Positions 47,698 to 57,165 of a stretch of DNA of 64,000 nt are shown piece by piece (the first letter of the stretch is position 1; every line of letters starts with the position of its first letter). The translations under genes were made by a program, and so were the position numbers. The notes under the pieces were generated by a model. The model was not told where the DNA came from, searched no databases, and was given only the letters and a program-made list of their open reading frames with translations. Source of the DNA: Squalus acanthias. Taxonomy: Eukaryota. The DNA is taken from NCBI GenBank assembly GCA_030390025.1, contig CM059431.1, positions 124,684,001 through 124,748,000 on the forward strand. The letters are read 5' to 3'.

Positions 47698-49509
47698 TCA
47701 TGGGGCACTATTAGACGGTCCTGCGGCACCTACGGGGCCGGTTGCGACCGCCACCTGTCCACGCGCATTCAAAACCATCTTGCGCATGACTCCTAACACT
47801 GCCTCGAGGTCTTCGGGAGAGGTGGGTACCTTTGCTTCCTTAGCCGGGACAGGCGCCTGGGCTCGGACCGCGGGATTTTTATCCTTGGAATCCTTCCAAG
47901 GGTTCCTGCAGTGCTTGCGCCAGTGCCCTGTCTTCCCACACCCGTAACAGGCATTACTTGCCTGTGGGGCGCGATTACCCTCCTGATGCCACTCTCTTTG
48001 AGCCGGGGCTGCGGGTCGTACCTCATGTACTCTTCCCTTAAAGGGACGTGTTGCCATACCCCTTATGTTACGGTAACCTAACGTGAGTCGATTCAAGACC
48101 GACTCTTCCGTAAGGTTGAGGTCATTGGGATCGAACCAGGCTTTTGCCTGCTCTCTAACGGCTGGTAAACTGTTGGCTATTATGCACCTAAGCCAATGAA
48201 CTAAAGCGGCGCCTTCCACATCTTCGCGTTCGGGCGCACCTAGACAGCTGCGCTCATATACTGGCCACAGCCTGTCGGCAAAAACCTTCGGGGGTTCTCC
48301 CTCCATCTGCACTGTCTGTCCCACTCTAGCAAACGGACCTCCGTCGTTCGCTCCCACTACTTCTAGGACCTCATTTTTCAATTCCTCGTAACTTTTATTA
48401 CCCCTCTTGCTATCGCCTGAGAGGCACTGAAGGACCGAGCTATCTAATGAGAACAGCAGCATTTTTGCTGTCTCCCCATCATCGCAGCCGTTGATGGCTG
48501 CGGCTTGCTCAACTTCCCTAAAATGTACGGAAGGGTCGTCTATCTCGGTCAGCTTCCTTACGTGGTTTATCATAGCCCTCAGCTGATGTGAACTGTGAGG
48601 CAACACCAGCTGTCCGAGGAGATCCCCCGGTTCTTCCCCACCGTTTCTGCTTGGGCCCCTTTTAATCCCCGTTACTGGATACAACGATCCCTTTTCTACC
48701 TCTTTTTCAACGGGCTCTTTCGCTTCTTCCGTTGCTTCCTCCCTAACCCAGGTTTCTGAATAGCTGGGTGGCGCGGAGGGCGCAGTGGCTACTACCTCTT
48801 CTGCTTTACTTGGTGGGGAATTTCTAAATCTCTCATTTACTAGCGGCTGGCGTGCCGACGGATTAATAAGGCACACCATGCCGTTCGCATTATTCACGGC
48901 CTTTTTGAGGCTCTCTATCTCTTTTTCGCAGGCGCTATGGTCGGCTCCCTGAAACTTATCCTCAAGGGCCAACTTATACGCCGACCTAACCCCCATTAAG
49001 CTCTCTTCTTGAGTTCTTATCTGGGCAGCTTGACGGTTACATCTTTCCTTCATCCTATTCTCGTTTAATTTTGCTTCAGTGATCTGGCACTCGAGATACT
49101 CTACCCTTGTTTTAAGGTAACTGGAGACTTCCTGGCTTTCCTGGCGTAACTCATTTAAACTCTTAATGAGCACCTCCCCTCCAGAAACCTTCTCCTCCAT
49201 TTCCTCCTCTAAATGCTTGATTCGAGCGGTTAGCGCTGTATTGGTCTGGTTTGAAATCTGGACCTGCCTTTTGTAGCACATAAGCCAGACTGCTTTCTCA
49301 ACTGCCTTTTTATGCTCCTTACTATCCGTCCACCTTTCAGCTGCCTCTAATGGGCTCTTATCCGCTAACAGTTCGCTTATCCACTTTTTCGTTAGATTAA
49401 CCTTTCCAAATACGTAATCCGCTATCTTTTCCTGCATCACATTTTGTACAGTCATTCCAAAATCTAACACACTACCCTCTCGCTGCCAATGTCCTGCCGC
49501 GGTCGCCAT
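47698..49509 (-). CDS. gag: Gag, 603 aa: coiled-coil N-terminus, PSAPPSY late domain, capsid-like region, one CCHC knuckle
   Basis: Open ORF from the ATG overlapping the PBS to TGA; CYGCGKTGHWRKHC. Confidence 0.93.
   Translation of the reverse strand: MATAAGHWQREGSVLDFGMTVQNVMQEKIADYVFGKVNLTKKWISELLADKSPLEAAERWTDSKEHKKAVEKAVWLMCYKRQVQISNQTNTALTARIKHLEEEMEEKVSGGEVLIKSLNELRQESQEVSSYLKTRVEYLECQITEAKLNENRMKERCNRQAAQIRTQEESLMGVRSAYKLALEDKFQGADHSACEKEIESLKKAVNNANGMVCLINPSARQPLVNERFRNSPPSKAEEVVATAPSAPPSYSETWVREEATEEAKEPVEKEVEKGSLYPVTGIKRGPSRNGGEEPGDLLGQLVLPHSSHQLRAMINHVRKLTEIDDPSVHFREVEQAAAINGCDDGETAKMLLFSLDSSVLQCLSGDSKRGNKSYEELKNEVLEVVGANDGGPFARVGQTVQMEGEPPKVFADRLWPVYERSCLGAPEREDVEGAALVHWLRCIIANSLPAVREQAKAWFDPNDLNLTEESVLNRLTLGYRNIRGMATRPFKGRVHEVRPAAPAQREWHQEGNRAPQASNACYGCGKTGHWRKHCRNPWKDSKDKNPAVRAQAPVPAKEAKVPTSPEDLEAVLGVMRKMVLNARGQVAVATGPVGAAGPSNSAP
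49491..49508 (-). promoter_or_regulatory. PBS tRNA-Arg(UCG) of copy B
   Basis: Minus strand TGGCGACCGCGGCAGGAC, 5 nt after the LTR end. Confidence 0.85.
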
Positions 49510-49513
49510 TTTC

Positions 49514-51109
49514 TGTAAGGGATACTCTCCTGACCCTGCGTGTCTCGTAACCTGTGAGGTTCACGCGGCTCTGTGCAGCCTGTATGTCAGTGCGGGTCTA
49601 GGCCTGGTCTCCAGCCAGTCTGGGAACACTAGACACCCCTGTGAGTGGTTCGAATCACTCTCCCTTACGGTTCTAGACACTGGACTTAGATGCGAGAGCA
49701 GTAATGGAGATAAAACTCATGTAGACTTGGTTTGAACGGTACGAAATGGAAAATCTTTATTGCATGATACTTAAAATTATGAAATACATGTCATATGCAC
49801 AGATTAATGACAGTACAATCTTACAAACAGTTATAATCACTCTTAGGGAAACGAGGAACGACCAGCACAACGTAAATAGGGCACACATTACAAATATCCT
49901 TAACTTTAAACCCTCCCCTATCAATAACTATCCTAAAACTAGCTTCGTAGGATCCCGAGACTCATGCTCACCACTCGTAATAACTCGGAGAAATCCCGAA
50001 TAGCTGATCGGATGTTTTTCACCGCAGCACCCACGTGTTGGTCAGGAGATCTCCTGGTCCCACTTGTTTACTGCTTCTGCTGCTCGGTCAGTCGGCTGGA
50101 CCGTCCGCTGTAGTGAAGACCTCTGTTGGTGGACTTTACAGTTCAGTCGAGGAGCACCGTTGTCAATATCATTGATACGATGTGTTTGCACAGTCCAGTT
50201 ATCGTCGATGCAATATGTCTTGTTAAAGAAGAAAACTTCGTTGTCAAGAAGACTTGGCTGATCGACCTACAGGCGCGGTCGGGATTTACTGACCGTGGCG
50301 ATGGATAAGGTCTTCTTCTCTTCTCCTCTCATCTCATCTCATCTCATCTCATCTCATCTCATCTCATCTCGGGCCTTTGGTTCCGCTGCCAGCTACCAAC
50401 ATAGGTCTTTGCAACAGTCTTTTACCCAGGAGCAGCCACGATGATAACAGCAGCAAGCGGCAAGAGTCACGAACACGAGGCAAGAGAGCGAATGGACGGT
50501 TTGGGGCCTGCAATTATAGTGCACAGTTCTTCCGTTTCCCGCCCAACTACAATGTCCATTCTTTTGTTTAAGGTTTGGCGCCCAAAAATGTCCTGTATGG
50601 GTGATCTCTGTCCTTAATGGGTTTCGGGGCTACTCCTGAATGTTTGAGTACCTGTTAATATTTCTCCCATTGTTAAATCGGTCGGTGTTCCCCCTGGAGG
50701 GGTTTGGGGCTTCCAAGTGTCCTGTATAACTACCTGCTAACGGCTCTCTCATCGTAGAGCCGTTGGGAGTTTACATATTAATGTCCTTTGGATGGGCCCT
50801 TGATGGCTTTCCTTTGTACCTGGGAGACCGATCCCAGTATCGATGTTTATACTGCAAACCCATAATGTCCTGTGTATTGTCTTCACTGTGCTGAATCGTT
50901 ATCGATCCTGCAAAAATGTTTATTGGAACGCCATCTTGTCTGCCTGCCGAAAAGTCTCGAATGTTCTGTCACGCGGTGCGGCGGCCATTTTACAGGCTGC
51001 TTGTGTCCAATTTAAACCTGACAGCATTCCGCTGAAATAAAAGCTGTTTTGAACGAAACTTGTGTTTTCTCCTTATTAAAATGAAATCGCGATAATTGCG
51101 AATTCTACA
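49514..51109 (-). repeat. 5' LTR of copy B (1596 bp)
   Basis: Differs from the 3' LTR by one extra A near 49902 and one extra CTCAT unit. Confidence 0.97.
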
Positions 51110-51630
51110 GGGAGCAAAGCAGTGAAGATATCTTAGTAATAAAGTTTTTATGGTACTTGGGTGGGCGGTAGAGAACGAGAATTTTAAATGACAGGTGAGA
51201 GGGGTGGAATAAGGTGAGATGCTCAAGGAGGAGAAAGTGCTGGAGGAGTAGGGGGACAGACCAAGTTGTGATTTGGTGATGAGAGCCACACCGCCACCAC
51301 GGCATTCTGGACGGATGGGGCGGAGATTGGCAAGATTATCCCCCAGCAGGCATGCTGGGCGGGAAGGTCAGCGAGAAAGTAGGATGGGACAGTTGGGGTT
51401 GCTGCTCATGAGGAGGCAGTGACGAGTGCCTCGATGGGCCCTTCAGAGGATGCCAAGAGAGGCATGGAGGGAAGCTGTAGGCTTATCTAAGAGGGAGTCA
51501 AGCCTGGGACGGCGGCAGGAGAGTAGGAAGGTCGAAGAGTAATAAAGGAAAAGGAAAAGGGGGGAGAAAAATGTAGAAATAGAAGTGAACGGCTCAGGTC
51601 CGGAGCAGCAGCCAAAATGCGCACGCAAAT
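51110..51630 (-). mobile_element. L2 LINE upstream part (endonuclease N-terminus)
   Basis: FKILVLYRPPKYHKNFITKISSLLCSL joins SLCTERLLILCDFNLH across the TSD. Confidence 0.82.
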
Positions 51631-53277
51631 GGACACAGGGAAAAGCTCAGGTTACATAGGCCTGGTTATGTAGTAATTCATGGAATACATATTTCCTGGT
51701 GGTGTGTGACTTGGGGGAACTTGCAGGTGGTGGTGCTCCCATTCGCCTGCTACCCTTGTCCTTCTAGGTGGTAGAGGTCACAGATTTGAGAGGTGCTGTC
51801 GAAGAAGCCTTGGCGAGTTCTCTACAATTGTCTCTGAACCTGGACATTGCTTTGTTGATGCTCCAAGCTGACTCCAAGTCAACTTCATTTCAAGACAGGA
51901 CCTCAGACTAACTTTGGAACCACCCATATTGTCTCTTCCCCATCATCTGATTACAATCAGAACATGTCTCTCCTAATCATTGCCATGCCTATGTAAGCTG
52001 ATTCCCTCTGTGACCATTTTGGCTGTCATTCTGAACCTTATCTCCTTTTTAATCTTTTTTTAACTCTCAACTACATAGTTTTTAACCCTCCATTTACTAC
52101 GATACTTCTGCAGCTGTGTCAATTTGCACAACCACTCCCTCACCTCCTTATTTTATGCCCTTGTCCCCCATAACACCCTTAGGGCGTTATTTTGGTGGAT
52201 GGGTAAGAACAAGTGCTAAATGGGTCCTGTGCTAATAAGACATGCCTGTTTGAAAGTCTGGTTTTAGCATGCAATTTTCGTGGAGCAGTATATGTGGGCT
52301 CCATTCACCCACTTCCACTGAAGTTGTGGAGTGTGCTTGCTGACACACAGCGGCAGGTTTCAGGATGACTCAGGCACCGAGGCAGAGGGCGCACAGGTTC
52401 TCAGATGTGTCACTGGAGGTTCAAGTGAAGGATGTCCAGAGGAGGAGGGATGTCCTATATCCGCAGGGGGAAGGAGTCCACCTCGCCGTCCTGTCACTCC
52501 TGTCCCTCTCTCCTGCAGCAGCTGGTGCTGCTCTGCCTGGCCATAGGTCCTCCTCACATTCCTCCTGCAGACCAAGGGGGACCCCTAGCAAGATGCCGAT
52601 GACCAAGCACTCCCTTTCTCCTGGTGACTCCTATAAGGTTGAGTAGCACAGCACTTATGCTTTTTAGGTGAAGTCCTCAGAAAATTTCCAGAATAAATGT
52701 TGCTTGAGTGTTGGTGAAGTCTTGACAAAGTATCCCATGAAGTCTCCCGATGTGTTTCAAAAGTCGTCTTCAAACCTCCAGCAGCAGGTGAACAGTAAAA
52801 GATGAGTATGCCTTTAAGTAGCACTCTAAATCCTCAACAACAACTTGTTTACTCACAATCAGCTGGTCGTTGTTAGGAGAGGGCGTCAGGTCAAGCACTA
52901 TCCACCAAGATTATGTGCAACCTCTTTAGTGAGCGCTAGCAGGCAATTTAAGTGGCAATCAGCCCCTTAATGATCCTCCGGGTGGTCGTTCCCCGTGCAA
53001 GCTTCAACTCCATTAGCAAGATGCCATCTTGCGCTAAATGTGGGCTAAACCAACGTTTCAGCTTAAGACCCCATCTTGGTCATCTCGGAGGCGCTTTAGT
53101 GCCTAAAATATCCGGGGAATATCACCCCTTCTTTCTCTCCCACCCTGGTCATTTTTTTTTGTATGGGCCCCATCTTTGCCTCAAATCCAAGAGGCGGAGA
53201 CTTGATTAATCAGGCCCACAACTAGTTTAGCCATCCATCAGTAGATTTGGCTGGAATACATTAAGCACTATTGATCC

Positions 53278-53540
53278 TTGCTCTCCTCTGTCAATAGCGC
53301 TCCAAGAAGTCTGTTTTCCTCTGGCCTCTTGTGCATCCCTCACTTCCTTCACCCCACTATTGGTGACCGTGCCTTCAGCCATTTAGGCACTACGCATTGG
53401 AATTCCCTCCCTAAACCTTTTTTAACAAGCCTTGAGTCACCACTCCTAATATCTCCTTCTTGGCTTGGTGCAGAATTTTGCCTAACGAGGCTTCTGTAAA
53501 TTGTCTTGGTACGTTTTATAAATGCAAGTTGTTGTTGTTG
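53278..53540 (+). mobile_element. L2 LINE 3' end fragment
   Basis: IGDRAFSHLG..WNSLPK and TATAAATGCAAG(TTG)n tail. Confidence 0.75.
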
Positions 53541-54101
53541 AATTTACTTTATCAAAGAGAATACAGGCCTATTTATCATTAGTAGCTCTCTACAAAAACT
53601 TAACTGACATTAAGGCCTGGATTTTCCTTCCATTGGCTGGTTAGCAATGGAGGGTACATACCACCTGACAAAATGAACCCACTGATATTCCATTGCATTT
53701 TCTTCCCGGGCTAGCATTTGCTATGGAGGACAGGTTTGGAATAGTAATATCACTCCTAACAAGTTTACCACCACCGGGAAGGAGGGAAATACAGTTCTGA
53801 TGCAAACTTAAAAAGGCTGCAGCCAGTTCAAGAACAGAATCAGTTTTCTACAAGAATGGTTGAACCAGCATGGTCAGGAGAGTCAACAGCAAGAAGGTGC
53901 TACCTGATTCTTGGAAATTTCCTTGGAGGTCCTTCTAACATGGCAAGAGTACGATTATTGTGCACCAAAGGGAGGAAGCACCTTAAGAGGGTAATGCAAA
54001 CTGTATGGAGGAAGGCGGCAGAGTGAGTAAGCGCCACCTCCAGCACCTGCAGCACTGTGCCGGAAGAGGATCAGTGACAAGCAGGCACAGAGCTACATTA
54101 T

Positions 54102-54700
54102 TCACTGCCTGTTGTCACAGACCAGAGAGTGGAACCCCTTCCTGTTATAAAACATGGCTGGTTTGTGATAGGGAGAATGCAGGACAATGTGTACCCAGTA
54201 AATTATACCTTGCCACTGGGGAAATTCAGAAATGGAGGTAAACCCCTCAACTCTCACCACCTGATCAGCAGCCTGCATTGAGAAGGTGATGTATTGCTGC
54301 TTCCTTGTTAAGAAGGCACCCGTCACTTGCCTGATGGCCGAATGGACATCAAACTGACTGATGTTGCTGATGTCAGCTGTTTCAGCCTGGAATGAGCCTG
54401 TGGCATAAAAGTTGAGAGCCACCATTACCTTCACACCACAAGATGTGCTGTGTGTGCCCTGGTGGTTGGCTCCAATTTCTACTGCAACAGGTGCCATTTG
54501 TCAGTGACTGCCTGCTTGTTGAAGCACAACCTCCTCACACACTGCTCCACTGTTATGTTGAGATAAGACATCCTGTGCCGGAAGACTCACATGCTTTAAC
54601 GCCTCCTTGGCCCTTGCCTCTTTCCTGGAGCCTTCACAGGTCTGTGCAGCTGTTGCTGCGGCTGCTGTTATTGCTGTTGCCGCCGGTGTGGGAGCCTCAA
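54102..54700 (-). pseudogene. PIF/Harbinger transposase (HARBI1-like) fragment
   Basis: VKVMVALNFYATGSFQ..DISNISQ..FPQWQG..FYNRKGFHSL. Confidence 0.8.
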
Positions 54701-55219
54701 TGGTATTCCCAGCAACATTCCCACCTTTTCTGGGCCTCCTGCAGCCAATGGAGTCAAACAGTGCAGCTGCATCCAAAAATCAGCTCTTTAAAGCTAAGTT
54801 GCATCAAAAACTGCTGTACATCAGCCAAAACAGCCAACAATGGCTCCAATAATCCCCAAAATCGACCATCCAGAGACTTACTGGAATAGAGATGGGGACC
54901 CCTTTAAATAGCTCCCAGGCACCAATTTGCAAAGGGGTCCTAATTTTACTGAGGATAGCATTAATTACAAGCGGCCACCCGGGGTGCCTAATGAGCACCC
55001 TAACCAATATGGTGGCCGACACATTTTGTTCGCATTTCTGGTGCAAGTTTGGTAAGTGGAACGACGATTTTGTGCTCAAAAACTTGGGGAAATGCAAAGG
55101 AATTTCTATCCGAATGGCTTTAGAACCAAGAGACTGGTTGGGCACTGATTACTTATTTTAACCTGCAGACACTCCTCCACCCTACAGTTATGCATGGTCA
55201 TTTGTATCATAGAGTCATA

Positions 55220-56112
55220 GGGGGAAAAATTCAGTCGCGCCCCGTTTGGGGCGCAAATATCGTCCGGGCGCAAAAATTAGCGCCTGCCGCTAATTATCGC
55301 CAATGACTGGAAACTTCACTTTTAACGCCCCGGGAGGTGATTGGAGCGCTAAATCAGGCACTGCACACCTGTCTTAAGGCGCAAAGGCCGAGGAGCGAGG
55401 CGCTACCTCAGAGCGCTGGCGAAGCTCATGTAATGTCAGTCAGCAATGGAACACACACACAATGGCACGGGCCAGTTCTTAAAGGGGATGGTTAATCTTA
55501 CTTTCCATCCAAATCCTGTTCATTGCAGCCTTGAATCTCGGCCTGGAGAGACTTGCACATCAAATGTGCTGGAAAGAACAATGGAGAGTACCAGGCAAAG
55601 AGCTCAGAGTGCAGCCCCCACAATCTCTGCTAAATCGATACAAGGAATGGCAAATCAAAATGAACCTGCAAAGTGCTGCTCAGTACCCAAAACTCCTTCA
55701 CACAACGTTGAATCTCTCCAGAAGTCTCTCCCTCTCTCTCTCAGAATGCGTAGTTCAAAAATGGCACCAACAATAAAAGGCAGGAAGCGGTCACCTTTAA
55801 ATAGCGCTCCCCCTTTCCCTTCATGACTGCAGAACGCTCCCCTCAACCTGTCATTGCTAGCGTCAGGCGGTAAGGCAGGGGGCGCCACTCAATATCCGCT
55901 CCGGGGCGATACCGGGGCGTTGCACACTCGACTGACGTCATGATCTGCCGGCGCAGGAGATCGTGGCGGTAGTGTTTAGCGCCGCCGCAAAATGTCTAGT
56001 TAATTTCGCGAGCGGCGCAAACTTCGCCGCGCCTGGGCGCTAGATGCTTTGCGCCCCATTAGCGCCCTCTTAAGGCGCTAACGGGAGGCACAACCAACTG
56101 AATTTTTCCCCC
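55220..56112. mobile_element. GC-rich Harbinger-type MITE inserted in a CR1 tail
   Basis: TIRs GGGGGAAAAATTCAGT / ACTGAATTTTTCCCCC; flanks ATA and ATT within (CATAGAGT) repeats. Confidence 0.75.
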
Positions 56113-56601
56113 ATTGAGTCATAGAGTTATACAGCACAGAAAGAGGCCCTTGGGCCCATTGTGTCCGCGCCGGCCATCAAGCCCTGTCTATTTTAATCCC
56201 ATTTTCCAGCACTTGGTCCGTAGCCTTGTATGCTATGGCATTTCAAGTGCTCATCTAAATGCTTCTTGAATGTTGTGAGGGTTCCTGCCTCTACCACCCT
56301 TTCAGGCAGTGAGTTCCAGATTCCAACCACCCTCTGGGTGAAAAAGTTTTTCCTCAAATCCCCTCTAAACCTCCTGCCCCTTACCTTGAAACTATGCCCC
56401 CTGGTTATTGACCCCTCTACTAAGGGGAAAAGTTCCTTTCTATCTACCCTATCTATGCCCCTCATAATTGTGCACACCTCAATCAGGTCCCCCCTCAGCC
56501 TTCTCTGCTCCAAGGAAAACAACCCCAGCCTGTCCAGTCTCTCTTCATAGCTGAAGCGCTGAAGCCCAGGTAACATCCTGGTGAATCTCCTCTGCACCCT
56601 T
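56113..56601 (-). mobile_element. CR1 LINE 3' fragment
   Basis: RVQRRFTRMLPG..TRGHSFK..WNSLP; tail repeats. Confidence 0.9.
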
Positions 56602-57165
56602 TGACATATTTCTACAATAGTTACACTATTTATATCCAAATGAGCTTTTTATTACAAGCTAGACATCTTGCTATTTTCAGGGCATGAAAACACTTCGGGA
56701 CCAGCTTTATTTTCCATTGAGACTACAGCTTTTCAATCTCTGCACCTTGTTTCATCAGGATCTTAGTCCCAGCCTATCAATGAAAGAGTCCATCAAGCTT
56801 GGCATAATCCTTTGTAAGCAACTTTATTGCTTTGTGATTTGACTCCAAAACTGTTCCATTTTGAATATAAGCCATTCTGTAAATTAATATTCATCCTTTT
56901 TTGTGCATTTGTAGTTGAGGAGTGAATGGCAGATTTTTCCAGACTTTTGGATATTTGTTATAATTTGTTAATAGTCCATATATTCCAATCCCTAAGGGTG
57001 TGTACGCGCTGTGTACATACCCATAGGGACATTGAAATGCCGGTTTCAGGCATGCCAAGCGCATGAGCTAAAAACCGGCATTTCCGATCTGTCAAGAATG
57101 CTCTTGACAGATCGGACGCCTGCCCTGGAGAAGGGCCTCTGCGGGGGGAGAGTTCCGCTTTCTGG

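Larger units (their letters stand above)
38588..51109 (-). mobile_element. Copy B: near-intact 12.5-kb lokiretrovirus-like endogenous retrovirus (LTR-gag-pol-env-LTR)
   Basis: TGTA...TACA LTRs, 4-bp TSD GGGA (38584-38587, 51110-51113), PBS, PPT and all three genes present. Confidence 0.96.
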
